Shown: positions 54,757 to 64,000 of the stretch, one piece after another
How positions within the stretch are numbered: position 1 is the stretch's first letter
Layout of the letters: the number at the start of each line of letters is the position of its first letter
NCBI GenBank assembly: GCA_963657245.1
Contig: CAVKLJ010000004.1
Location: forward strand, 2,584 to 66,583
DNA from: Lachnospiraceae bacterium
GTDB taxonomy: Bacteria; Bacillota_I; Bacilli_A; RFN20; CAG-826
DNA: 64,000 nucleotides
Direction: 5' to 3'
The notes under the pieces: model-generated
What the model was told of the DNA's origin: nothing
The model's input: the letters and a program-made list of their open reading frames with translations, nothing else
The model's database searches: none
Position numbers and translations under genes: made by a program

Positions 54757-56362
54757 TTGTTGGATCTGGATGATCCTCAAAATATTTGCCGTCTATTTTG
54801 CCAACAGGGGTGCGTGGCAATTCTTTAAGAATTATTACTTTATCTGGGGTATAGGCTGGAGGCAGGGACATCTTAATTTTGGAATAGATTAAACGGACTG
54901 CTTCCTCGTCGCTAATTTGATCTTTGCCTTTTCTTGTGACGGCAACAACGCGGAACACTTGGCCTTTTCTTTCGTTTTTAACGCCATAGCAATATGCGGA
55001 ATATATTTCCGGCATTTCAAGAATGGCATTTTCAATATCAGCAGGGCATAGAGTCTCGCCATTGATTTTCACGACTCTTCTAAGCCTTTGACGGAAATAG
55101 ACATATCCATCTTCATCCATGAAGCCATAGTCTCCTGTATGAAGCCATATCTTGCCGTTTTCATCTTTTTGCAAAGCTTTATTTGTGCCTTCTATATCAT
55201 TTAGGTAACCATTCATTGTCATTGGACCTGAAATAATGATTTCTCCGCATTCGCCGATAGGCATTTCTTTACCGTTTTTATCGATAATCTTTGCTTTTTC
55301 GCCTTGTTGAGGCTTACCAATAGAACCTTTTCTCGAGCGGTTGAAACGTGTGTTTACCATGCAAACCATCGCTTCGGTTGAACCGTATCCTTGGTAAAGC
55401 TTGGCTTCGCTTCCCCAGATTTTCATCGTGTTGTTCCAAGAGTCTAATAAAGTTTGTGAGATAGCGTCTCCTCCAACATAAGCAATAAGTTGTTTCTTAA
55501 GGAAATCACCATAAAATTGTTTCTTAGAAAGAAGAGCGTTATAGATTGCAGGAACACCAAGCAAAGTGTTTGTATGACCTTTTTTGATGTGATTGATTGC
55601 TTCTTTGGTATTAAATTTAAGCATCAAGACCGTTGATCCACCAAAGGAAAGAGGAGTAACCAAACCCATCCCTAAACCGAAAATATGGAAAAGTGGAATG
55701 GCTGCAAAAAGCTTGATATTTTCATATGGTCCACCAATTAGCTGATAAGAAGTGGAGCCTAGATAATTAATCGAACGCGAGGACAATCTAACAATTTTTG
55801 GATCACCATTTGTTCCGCCAGTGTTTAGATAAACCGCATCTTCATCCTCATCTGAATGAACTTTGATGAATTCTTTTTCTCTAACTTTATCTAACTTGTG
55901 ATAGCGGAGCAAACCGTCTCTTTTTCTTCCTACCGCACGGAAATAAGAAGATTTTAGAGAGTTTACGCCAATATAAGGGTTAATTCCGACGATGACATAA
56001 TTCATCGGGAAATAGTCCCTATTCTTAAAACCGGTGTTCCAAAGGCAGAAAAGGAATTTTGAATTCGCTCTATCCATGAATTTCTTTAAAGTTTCAGGAG
56101 GGGTTAATGGGTGGATATTATATGATATGGCTCCGATCATCGATATGGCATAGAAAAGCTCGGCTGCTTCGATGCAATTTGGAATTGAAACGGAAACGAC
56201 ATCTTTTGGCTTTATACCTAATTTGACAAGTTTTCTTGCCGTTTGTTTTACATGAGAATCGAATTGTCTGTAGTTCAAAGTTTTATTTTCAAAACGGATA
56301 CAAAGGTTATGAGGATATTTCTTTGCTACTTCATGAAATTGATCATATATGCTTTTTTCCAT
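54749..56362 (-). CDS. AMP-binding (ANL superfamily) acyl-CoA/acyl-AMP ligase
   Basis: NTGGTNGDPKIV (core A3-like), GYGSTE, TGDYGFMDEDGY, and a terminal PRTPVGKI. Confidence 0.8.
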   Translation of the reverse strand: MEKSIYDQFHEVAKKYPHNLCIRFENKTLNYRQFDSHVKQTARKLVKLGIKPKDVVSVSIPNCIEAAELFYAISMIGAISYNIHPLTPPETLKKFMDRANSKFLFCLWNTGFKNRDYFPMNYVIVGINPYIGVNSLKSSYFRAVGRKRDGLLRYHKLDKVREKEFIKVHSDEDEDAVYLNTGGTNGDPKIVRLSSRSINYLGSTSYQLIGGPYENIKLFAAIPLFHIFGLGMGLVTPLSFGGSTVLMLKFNTKEAINHIKKGHTNTLLGVPAIYNALLSKKQFYGDFLKKQLIAYVGGDAISQTLLDSWNNTMKIWGSEAKLYQGYGSTEAMVCMVNTRFNRSRKGSIGKPQQGEKAKIIDKNGKEMPIGECGEIIISGPMTMNGYLNDIEGTNKALQKDENGKIWLHTGDYGFMDEDGYVYFRQRLRRVVKINGETLCPADIENAILEMPEIYSAYCYGVKNERKGQVFRVVAVTRKGKDQISDEEAVRLIYSKIKMSLPPAYTPDKVIILKELPRTPVGKIDGKYFEDHPDPTIK

Positions 56363-56364
56363 AA

Positions 56365-57342
56365 TTAAACCACCTTATAGCCACAAAGAAGATAGACGAT
56401 AGCCATGATAATGTACATAAAAGGCTGATGACAAATGTAAATTAAAAGAGAATGTTTGCCTAAAAAAAGAATTGGCTTAGCCCATTTTGTTGGCATGTTT
56501 TCTGGCAACAATGATTTCTTTTTGGCATAGAAGAGTTTGCCAAAGGAGACTCCTAGGAACATAGTCGCAGTGACTTGAACTGGAGAAAAATAATCATCCC
56601 CATATCTCGCTAACCCCAAAAGAAGTTTCCACCAATCTTGAGGAAGATTAGCTGAATGAATCATGCCTGTCTCAGAGTCGGCATAGAAATATGTAGTTAT
56701 AATCGCAAATATAGAAAGAACTATCGCGGCAATAAAAGTTTGATAAAAACTCGGGAAGAAATGGTCGAATATCGAATAAATGATTAAAGCAATGGCAATT
56801 GAATGTAAAATTCCGCAAATTATGCATATTGCAGGGAAATGATTGCTTCCGATATCAAAACAATTCTTGGCAATATAACTAGCAACAATCAAAACAACAG
56901 TCATCAGCTCTGCGACATATGCTAATTGGACGCCTCTTTTTAGATTGTTCTTGGCGAACGAGCAAGAAATTCCCGAAAGGAAAATAAAAAGCCCAGAAAA
57001 GAATAATTCCAAAAAGAGAAGATGAAATACGCCAGGCCCAAATGGATTTCTTGTTCCGGTAGCGTTAACTATCCCCCAGAAAACGTTGCCACAGAACCTA
57101 TTCATTGCCTCAATTGTTCCGTTATGTTGAGAATTTTTGTCAAATAGCATTCCCATTATGCCATCGTTTGACGCGGCAAAGCAAAAATGAACCGCAATCA
57201 TCAAAATAAGATCAAACCCACGAAGGAAATCAATTTCGAATATTCTCTTCTTTTGGCGATTTTCTCTATTGGCAAGTGTTTGATATTTAATGACTTGGGA
57301 TTTCGACATCGTAACTAACATTCTAATATAATTGGGAAGCAA
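56365..57342 (-). CDS. polytopic membrane protein, DUF1624 / heparan-alpha-glucosaminide N-acetyltransferase-like
   Basis: RIFEIDFLRGFDLILMIAVH N-terminal signature. About 9 TM helices. The start codon is uncertain (TTG 57342, ATG 57321 or ATG 57309). Confidence 0.5.
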   Translation of the reverse strand: MLPNYIRMLVTMSKSQVIKYQTLANRENRQKKRIFEIDFLRGFDLILMIAVHFCFAASNDGIMGMLFDKNSQHNGTIEAMNRFCGNVFWGIVNATGTRNPFGPGVFHLLFLELFFSGLFIFLSGISCSFAKNNLKRGVQLAYVAELMTVVLIVASYIAKNCFDIGSNHFPAICIICGILHSIAIALIIYSIFDHFFPSFYQTFIAAIVLSIFAIITTYFYADSETGMIHSANLPQDWWKLLLGLARYGDDYFSPVQVTATMFLGVSFGKLFYAKKKSLLPENMPTKWAKPILFLGKHSLLIYICHQPFMYIIMAIVYLLCGYKVV

Positions 57343-57410
57343 TTAAAATAACCTAAAAAAGCCGTTGCTTGTTTTTGCTTTATCTATGATAAAGAGATAG
57401 ACTATTAACC

Positions 57411-58775
57411 ATGAAATATAGCAAAGAACAATTCCCTGAAATATTCAAACACACTAAAGATAACGAAATAGATATCCTTAATTCCAAGAAATGCTCATGC
57501 CTTTTCTGCCGCCAAACGTATGATGCAAGAAGAGTTAGTGATTGGAGTACGGAGAATAACAAAATCAGTGCGGTTTGCCCTGAATGCGGTATGAATGCGG
57601 TCGTAGGGGACCACTCAGGATTCATTCTCGACCACGATACGCTTAAAGCGTTAAACCTTACATATTTTGGCGAAGACTATATGGTCAGAAATCCAGATAG
57701 TTTAGCGAAATATATTTCCCGTTACCGCGAAGGAAAAATTACTCACAAAAGAACGAATGAAAACCTTTATTTGAAATATTTGTTGCTTCAAGTACGTAAT
57801 GGCGATCCAGATGCGGCCTATTATTTAGGGGAATATTACGAGTTTGGTACCCAATTTAGTAATCCTGATTTGGAAAAAGCCCTTTTCTGGTATTTGGATC
57901 CAACATTAACTTTGGACTCTGAGGGATTGGCAAGAAGCGGAGCGGTTCGTTATAAACTCCATCAGTTTGATGAAGCATATAAAGATTTTGCCGAATCAAT
58001 GAGCTTAGGCTCTTTTACTGGTTTGATGCATTTTGCTGATTGCTATATGGAAGGACGCGGGGTGATGAAAAACGAACAACTCGCTTGCAAGATTCTCTTT
58101 GGAATCTCCTTAGAATGTTATGCTCGTTTCTTGATGAGCGATGGAGCGAGTTCTGAAGCGTTTTCTTCTCTTTGCTATCGTTTAGGAAAAGCCTATGGCA
58201 AAGGAAGCGGGCTTGCAAAAGATAATTACCAAGCAATTAGATATTTCCTATATGCAAATCTTGGCTATCAGTTGCTTAATGAAGATGGAAAGCTAATTGG
58301 CGATTTGCTTACGGAAAGTAGATACGTAAAACGCCGTTTGAATCTTCTAAATAAGGAAAATGGCTATGTTCCTGGAGAACCACTCTTTGATTTGGACACA
58401 TTCTTATCGACAATCTCGCCGTTTGAATCGCCTAAAGACCAATACAATTTCTTCTTCCCATCAGTTGTTCATCCATATGAATTCACCAAAGAAGATGGAT
58501 TATTCTCATTAAGAATCACTTACCCTCATAGTCAGTTAGTCTTAGACGTTCAGAATTCGTTTTGCAATTTCGTGAATGGCGATATTATCTGGAATTTCGA
58601 CCATGTTGGAGAAGTAACTCCATTCAAAGAAGGAAAGGCATTCAACAGAATAATCGGAAACGGGGACACCTCACTAAGTTTCTATAACACCTTCTCTAAT
58701 CCTCCGGAATTGATTGGAGAAATATATTTCGACAGAAGTGAGGAAGAAGAAAGCGAAGATTCGCAGAAAGCGTGA
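57411..58775 (+). CDS. Sel1-like repeat protein with an N-terminal zinc ribbon
   Basis: CSCLFC...CPEC. SLR-like repeats (AAYYLGEYYEFG, CYMEGRGVMKNEQLA, LGKAYGKGSGLAKDNYQA). Confidence 0.6.
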   Translation: MKYSKEQFPEIFKHTKDNEIDILNSKKCSCLFCRQTYDARRVSDWSTENNKISAVCPECGMNAVVGDHSGFILDHDTLKALNLTYFGEDYMVRNPDSLAKYISRYREGKITHKRTNENLYLKYLLLQVRNGDPDAAYYLGEYYEFGTQFSNPDLEKALFWYLDPTLTLDSEGLARSGAVRYKLHQFDEAYKDFAESMSLGSFTGLMHFADCYMEGRGVMKNEQLACKILFGISLECYARFLMSDGASSEAFSSLCYRLGKAYGKGSGLAKDNYQAIRYFLYANLGYQLLNEDGKLIGDLLTESRYVKRRLNLLNKENGYVPGEPLFDLDTFLSTISPFESPKDQYNFFFPSVVHPYEFTKEDGLFSLRITYPHSQLVLDVQNSFCNFVNGDIIWNFDHVGEVTPFKEGKAFNRIIGNGDTSLSFYNTFSNPPELIGEIYFDRSEEEESEDSQKA

Positions 58776-58783
58776 TTATATTT

Positions 58784-60535
58784 ATGGAAAAGAAAACAAC
58801 GGCATTATCGGCATTAAAAGGTAAATATTTTAAAGTTTTCCTTTGCCCAAGCGTTAAGTTGATTGAGTGTGCAATGGAACTTGCCACCCCATTTATCATT
58901 CGTTATATCATTGACTACGGCATTGCAAAAAATGATCTTGGATTAACGGTTAAATTATCTTTGATCATCTTTGCTCTAGCTATTTTGGGTTTCTGTTTCA
59001 CGATGTTTGGCCAATACTGGGCAGCAAGGGTGAGCGCGGATTATTCCTATGATCTTAGAAGAGATATTTATGGACATATTGCAGAATTATCCGAATCTGA
59101 TTTGAACTCCTATGGAAAGCAAAAGCTTCTGACTTTGCTATCTAACGACGTTTTCTCAATGCAAAATGGCGTAATGATTTTCATGCGATTTATCTTCCGC
59201 CCTCCATTTATTTTGCTTGGCGCGACAATTCTTTCTTTCGTTATCGATTGGAAGAGCGGCATTATTTTCTTAGCTGTCGTTTTACTTTCTGCGGCAATAA
59301 TTGGCATCATCATGCTTGTTTCCCCAAAGAAATATGCGGCAATTCAAGCAAATCTCGATGAAATTTCCGTTTTATCAAATGATGCTTTACAAGGTGCAAG
59401 ACCTATTCGCGCTTTCAATAAGCAAGAATACGAAATAAATAAATTCAGCCAATCCGTTGATTCTTATGAGAAAAAGAACATGGGAATGAGTGTCTATAAC
59501 GCTCTTTTGAATCCATTTACTTTCCTCTTCATTAACTTTGGCATGATTCTTATCGTTTATCTTGAGTATCGTTTTGGCGTATTAACCGAAGAATCAACTG
59601 TCGGATTCGTTACAATCGGTGAACTTGTCTCCTTAATTTCCTATTTGAATTCGTCATTAACTGCTCTTATGTCTTTCCAAAGACTCATTGTTTCTTTAAA
59701 CAAAGCCAAGGCTTCAAAGAAACGTATCGATGATTTCTTCGTTTACGAACCAGCAATTCATAACCTCAAGAAATACCATAAAGAAGACCAAGACAAGAAT
59801 TTGCCTTATATTTCTTTCAAAGACGTTTCTTTAACGTATGGTGCAAAAGGAGATAAGAACGCTGTTTCAAAACTCTCTTTCGATATACAAGAAGGCTCTT
59901 GGGTTGGACTAATCGGAGGAACTGGCTCAGGTAAATCTACGACTATTTCCTTATTAGAAAGACTATATGAACCATCAGAAGGAGAAATCCTATACCGCGG
60001 AAAACCTCTCGATGAATATGATTTGGATGATTTAAGAAAAGAAATCTCTCTCGTTTCGCAAAAACCATCGATATTTAAAGGAACTATCCGTTCCAATCTT
60101 CTCTTAGCTAAGCCTGACGCTAGCGAAGAAGAGATGATAACCGCATTAAAGAAATCGTTAGCCTTTGAATATGTCTCTAAGTACGACGATTTCCTTGACC
60201 ATAAGATTGAGGAGGCTGGTGCAAACCTATCAGGGGGTCAAAAACAAAGATTACTTATCGCTAGAGCGATTCTAAAAGGTGGAGATTTATTGATTCTTGA
60301 TGATTCAACATCCGCTCTCGACTATCTTTCTGACCAACAAGTCAGACACAACATCTCTGAAATCCCTGGCTTAACGAAAATGATTATTTCTCAAAGAGCG
60401 GGATCATTAAAAGATTGCGATTTGATTCTTGTCTACGATAAAGGGCAAATAATCGCTAAAGGAAAGCACGAAGAGTTGCTTAAGAGCTGCCCAGTTTATC
60501 AAGAAATTTATGAGATGCAAAGGAAGGGGGCATAA
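58784..60535 (+). CDS. ABC exporter half-transporter (permease-ATPase), degenerate-site partner
   Basis: Walker A GGTGSGKST, LSGGQKQR, and Walker B LLILDDSTS (Asp replaces the catalytic Glu). Confidence 0.85.
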   Translation: MEKKTTALSALKGKYFKVFLCPSVKLIECAMELATPFIIRYIIDYGIAKNDLGLTVKLSLIIFALAILGFCFTMFGQYWAARVSADYSYDLRRDIYGHIAELSESDLNSYGKQKLLTLLSNDVFSMQNGVMIFMRFIFRPPFILLGATILSFVIDWKSGIIFLAVVLLSAAIIGIIMLVSPKKYAAIQANLDEISVLSNDALQGARPIRAFNKQEYEINKFSQSVDSYEKKNMGMSVYNALLNPFTFLFINFGMILIVYLEYRFGVLTEESTVGFVTIGELVSLISYLNSSLTALMSFQRLIVSLNKAKASKKRIDDFFVYEPAIHNLKKYHKEDQDKNLPYISFKDVSLTYGAKGDKNAVSKLSFDIQEGSWVGLIGGTGSGKSTTISLLERLYEPSEGEILYRGKPLDEYDLDDLRKEISLVSQKPSIFKGTIRSNLLLAKPDASEEEMITALKKSLAFEYVSKYDDFLDHKIEEAGANLSGGQKQRLLIARAILKGGDLLILDDSTSALDYLSDQQVRHNISEIPGLTKMIISQRAGSLKDCDLILVYDKGQIIAKGKHEELLKSCPVYQEIYEMQRKGA

Positions 60536-60537
60536 GT

Positions 60538-62286
60538 ATGATTAAGAAATTTAAAGCGTTTATTCCTTATGTCAAAGGATCGTATTTATTAACTGCTATT
60601 TCTCTTTTGTGTGCTTTGCTAGCTACAGGATCTAAGTTATTCATTCCTTTTATCGCTGGTAAATGCGTAAACATGATGAAAGATGCAATCGAAGCAGGTA
60701 GTTTCGCTTCACTTGATTTATCTTTCTATTTCATCTTAATGGGTGTCTTGCTTGTTGTCGGAACAATATTTAGATACATTTTCGACTATATTACTTATCT
60801 TATTGGACAAAGGGTTATTAAGAATATTCGTAATAGGTTATTTGAAGCAACGCTTGAAAGTCCGATTTCTTCAATCGATCAATCAAGAAAAGGTGATTTG
60901 CTTTTACGCTTAGTCAATGACGTTGAAAACGTTCAAACCGGCTTGGTTAGTGGTTTTGCCGCTTTCTATGATGGAATCATCGCTATTTTGATTACCCTCG
61001 TTTTCATGTTTACCTTAAACTGGATATTAGGATTAGTCGTTGTTGGTTTAACCCCAATTTCCATCTTTGTTTCTCGTTTTGTTTCGAAATATAACAGCAA
61101 ATATTTCCGTAAGCAAAGAAGTGCTCAAGGCTTAGTAAACGCTTTTGCTTCTGAAAGTCTTACAAATTCTGAGGCTGTTGCAACCTTAAACATTGGCGAA
61201 AAGCGCGTTGAAGAATTCGACAAATTATCCGATGATTTCCGTAATTCGACATTTAAAGCTAATTTAGGTGCCTCGACAATCAATCCTTCAACACGTTTAG
61301 TTAACGCTTTGATTAACGGAGCATTGGTTTTAGTTGGTGCATTAATTATTATCCAAACCCCAAAAAATATCGGAGTTGATGCCTTTGCGGTCGGCGATTT
61401 ATCAGCGTTCTTAACCTACGCTTCATCTTATATGCAACCATTTAACGAAATCTCAAACGTTGTTTCGGAAATCGACTATGCTTTAGCCTCCTTCCAAAGA
61501 ATCGATGAGACAATAAATGGTCCAAAAGACGTCAATGAAGGCAAAAAAGTCCTTGAAGGCAGCGTCGATAGCCTTGAAGCAAAAGATATTACTTTCTCAT
61601 ATGACGAGAAACGTAAAATCATCAAGAATTTCTCTTTGGACATCTACAAAGGCCATAAAATTGCTTTTGTTGGCCCTACAGGATGTGGCAAAACAACCTT
61701 AATCAACCTTTTGATGAGATTCTACGATCCTCAAGAAGGTGCCTTCTATGCTAACGATATATCTACAAAAGACCTAGAAAAGGTTGCCTTTAGAAAACAT
61801 ATTGGCATGGTTTTGCAAGATACATGGATTTTTAGTGGCACGGTTTTTGAAAATATCGCTTATGCAAAAGAAGACGCAACAAGAGAAGAAGTAGAAGAAG
61901 CGGCAAGAAAGGCTCAAGCTGCTCCATTTATCGAACGTTTGCCTAATGGCTATGATACTAAGATTAGCGATTCATCAGGCTTATCTGTTGGCGAAAAACA
62001 GCTTATCTGCGTTGCTAGAGTCATGCTCTTAGAACCAGAAATTGTTATTCTTGATGAAGCGACATCAAATATTGACGTTCGTACAGAAAAGCTTCTTTCC
62101 GAAGCCTTTGACAAACTTATGGAAGGAAAGACATCGCTTGTCGTTGCCCATAGACTTTCGACAATTGTCTCTAGTGACTTAATCGTTGTTCTTAAAGATG
62201 GTGAAATCATCGAAACTGGCAACCACAAAGAATTAATGAACAAAGAAGGTTTCTACTATAACCTTTATAATGCTCAATTCAATTAA
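60538..62286 (+). CDS. ABC exporter half-transporter (permease-ATPase), consensus-site partner
   Basis: GPTGCGKTT and IVILDEATS. The signature is degenerate (LSVGEKQ). Confidence 0.85.
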   Translation: MIKKFKAFIPYVKGSYLLTAISLLCALLATGSKLFIPFIAGKCVNMMKDAIEAGSFASLDLSFYFILMGVLLVVGTIFRYIFDYITYLIGQRVIKNIRNRLFEATLESPISSIDQSRKGDLLLRLVNDVENVQTGLVSGFAAFYDGIIAILITLVFMFTLNWILGLVVVGLTPISIFVSRFVSKYNSKYFRKQRSAQGLVNAFASESLTNSEAVATLNIGEKRVEEFDKLSDDFRNSTFKANLGASTINPSTRLVNALINGALVLVGALIIIQTPKNIGVDAFAVGDLSAFLTYASSYMQPFNEISNVVSEIDYALASFQRIDETINGPKDVNEGKKVLEGSVDSLEAKDITFSYDEKRKIIKNFSLDIYKGHKIAFVGPTGCGKTTLINLLMRFYDPQEGAFYANDISTKDLEKVAFRKHIGMVLQDTWIFSGTVFENIAYAKEDATREEVEEAARKAQAAPFIERLPNGYDTKISDSSGLSVGEKQLICVARVMLLEPEIVILDEATSNIDVRTEKLLSEAFDKLMEGKTSLVVAHRLSTIVSSDLIVVLKDGEIIETGNHKELMNKEGFYYNLYNAQFN

Positions 62287-62289
62287 TAT

Positions 62290-63093
62290 ATGAAAGTAAG
62301 GAAAATTCAGCACATTTTGTTACCTATTTTATTTACAGGAATGTTAGCTAGCTGTAATTTTTCCTATACCCATCCAATCACTCAAGAAGCGGCCAAACAA
62401 ATAATAAGCAATACCAAAACAGCCATAAGTAAAAAAGATTTCGATTCATTTGCTGGAATTACTCTAACTTCCAGCCTAGTTGAATATAGAACCTATTCAT
62501 CTTTCTCTAAGTCGACTTTCTTAAAGGCTAATTATGAGATTACATATACCGCATCTCCTTTCTCTGTTTTAATCAAGGAAACATATGAGAATAAAGAAGA
62601 CATGAAAACTAAGTATTCTGATGCGGAATATACGATAAGCATGGGTGCTTCGAATTTTGAAATATCAATTAATGGGTCAGAAAAAGAAAATGTCAATCAA
62701 GAGAAATATCAAAGGTTTTGGAGTTTTTGTAACTTTTCTTCTTACATAAAAGAAGTTAGCCAAGGTCTAGTTAATAAAGCTGATACTTTGATAAATTCAG
62801 TTGGTAGTGCAGGCGAAAACAAGCAAAACAAACTTGTTGGTTTTCAAACATCTTCTCAAGGCGATGATGATCTTAAAATCGAATTCCTTGGAAGCGATTT
62901 TTCTGCTGGTTCTCTTTTCTTTGAAGACAATTACAATGCTGATACTGCCTCAGAACTAAATATGTATATGAATGGTGGCTTAATAAAGAAATATTCCACG
63001 GCTTATGTTTTTGCCATCAATGAGGATAGCGATTATTATTTAGCCGGGAAATACGAGGGAAAAATAGAACATTCCCTTACATATATAGAATGA
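62290..63093 (+). CDS. lipoprotein of unknown function
   Basis: Lipobox FTGMLASC. Confidence 0.6.
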   Translation: MKVRKIQHILLPILFTGMLASCNFSYTHPITQEAAKQIISNTKTAISKKDFDSFAGITLTSSLVEYRTYSSFSKSTFLKANYEITYTASPFSVLIKETYENKEDMKTKYSDAEYTISMGASNFEISINGSEKENVNQEKYQRFWSFCNFSSYIKEVSQGLVNKADTLINSVGSAGENKQNKLVGFQTSSQGDDDLKIEFLGSDFSAGSLFFEDNYNADTASELNMYMNGGLIKKYSTAYVFAINEDSDYYLAGKYEGKIEHSLTYIE

Positions 63094-63530
63094 GCCAAAA
63101 TAAAAGGGATGAGGCCACGATTTCTTATACGATGAGCAGAATTCGTGGGAAAGACACATCGATTGAAATAAAGCTGCGTAAAGAACTATATAGATTAGGC
63201 TATCGATATAGAGCCAATTCTAAATATATTTTTGGCCATCCAGATATTTCTTTTAAGAAATATAAAGTGGTGGTTTTTTGCGATTCGGAATTCTGGCATG
63301 GATATAATTTCGAAGAAAACAAGAAGAAGCTACATTCTCATTTAGACTATTGGATCCCGAAAATCGAAAAGAACATTGCTAGAGACAATGAAGTAAACGC
63401 CAAACTAAAAGAAGAAGGCTACATCGTTTTGCGCTTTTGGGGCAATGAAATCAATAAAAACCTTGATGGATGCGTCAAACAAATAAGTGACGTATTAGAT
63501 TCAAGAGGCTATAAAAAAATCCCTCAATAG
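63090..63530 (+). CDS. vsr: very-short-patch repair endonuclease
   Basis: MSRIRGKDTSIE...GHPDISF...VVFCDSEFWHG. ATGA overlap with the lipoprotein gene. Confidence 0.85.
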   Translation: MSQNKRDEATISYTMSRIRGKDTSIEIKLRKELYRLGYRYRANSKYIFGHPDISFKKYKVVVFCDSEFWHGYNFEENKKKLHSHLDYWIPKIEKNIARDNEVNAKLKEEGYIVLRFWGNEINKNLDGCVKQISDVLDSRGYKKIPQ

Positions 63531-63544
63531 AGGGATGTTTTTTA
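63513..63544. terminator. bidirectional hairpin terminator
   Basis: ATCCCTC-aata-GAGGGAT stem between an A-run and a T-run. Confidence 0.7.
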
Positions 63545-63554
63545 AAATCTTAAC

Positions 63555-64000
63555 TTATTTGGATGTGTTTCTATCGGCAAAGATGTTAAGAAGACCAAGT
63601 GCAGCCGATAAAAAAGAGAAGACAATAACACAAATTGTGCCAGCACCAAGAGAAATCTCTGGGTGAGCGGCATAGAAATTGCTAACGTTATCGCCACTTG
63701 CTGCAATATAGAAATCAATAACGAAGAAGAAGAGAACGCCGATGGCAATTCCAAGAACTATTTCAATGAAAGGGATGACCTTTTTGCCAGAATCACCAAG
63801 AATGAAGCCAACTAAGCCAACCAAAACCAAGATAATCAAGGCAACAAATCCACCAACAATTGGCCAAACGACATTACATTCGCTATTATGCATGCCAAAC
63901 ATTGCAACAAAGATGTTTCCTTCTCCTGAATCTACCTTTTCAGCAAAGATGTTGGCAAACATGCACATGATGGCAACAAAAGCCGATGCCGCGGCAAGAA
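63555..64000 (-). CDS. small polytopic membrane protein (paralogue of 52784..53230); 5' end may lie beyond the window
   Basis: ORF 63555..63968. The frame stays open to the window end. AHPEISLG...SFLSAALG resembles NHPESED...SFLSAMV in the protein at 52784. Confidence 0.45.
   Translation of the reverse strand, partial: LAAASAFVAIMCMFANIFAEKVDSGEGNIFVAMFGMHNSECNVVWPIVGGFVALIILVLVGLVGFILGDSGKKVIPFIEIVLGIAIGVLFFFVIDFYIAASGDNVSNFYAAHPEISLGAGTICVIVFSFLSAALGLLNIFADRNTSK

Noticed and set aside
1-64000. CRISPR arrays, rRNA genes, IS elements, prophage genes and recognisable defence systems (RM, TA, Abi, CBASS and similar).
   Set aside because: I found no spaced direct repeats, transposase or integrase motifs, or phage structural genes on either strand. 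vsr is the only DNA-modification-related gene.

Overview
This is an AT-rich bacterial chromosomal window using the standard genetic code: TGA is a stop (hypA and the Sel1-repeat gene end in TGA) and Trp is TGG. No transposase, integrase, CRISPR array or rRNA gene is visible. Exported proteins are anchored by lipoboxes or by N- and C-terminal TM helices. No LPXTG motif or cell-wall gene is seen. This fits a low-GC Bacillota or Mollicutes-like, possibly wall-less, organism, but that is inference only.

Gene content in order:
- a membrane protein, tRNA-Gly and gltX
- a hypB / Fe-S flavoprotein / hypA cassette
- a sugar-kinase-like gene, a membrane protein and a MATE transporter
- a collagen-like lipoprotein with a poly-G tract in its promoter, then tRNA-Glu
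- a C69 dipeptidase
- a PII-like gene paired with a cation/H+ antiporter, then a CopZ-like gene
- feoA-feoA-feoB, divergent from a DtxR-family repressor
- purA and purB
- an Rnf-type operon, then tRNA-Ala and tRNA-Met(CAU)
- a 1412-aa GGDEF/EAL protein, tcdA and pepF
- tRNA-Ile(UAU) and tRNA-Ser
- a glycoside-hydrolase locus (repeat lipoprotein, two GH3, one GH2, an esterase-membrane fusion, a LytTR two-component system) carrying cre-like operators
- a methyltransferase-like gene, NUDIX, an AMP-ligase with a membrane acyltransferase-like gene, and a Sel1 protein
- a heterodimeric ABC exporter, a lipoprotein, vsr, and a partial membrane protein.

The strongest candidate for something new is the Rnf-type operon at 23937-28753. 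Its cytoplasmic subunits RnfC and RnfB are reduced to small Fe-S stubs. Its outward-facing flavin subunit RnfG is tripled. An extra Cys-rich micro-membrane ORF sits between rnfA and rnfB. All coordinates and motifs were read by eye from the sequence; no database search was possible.
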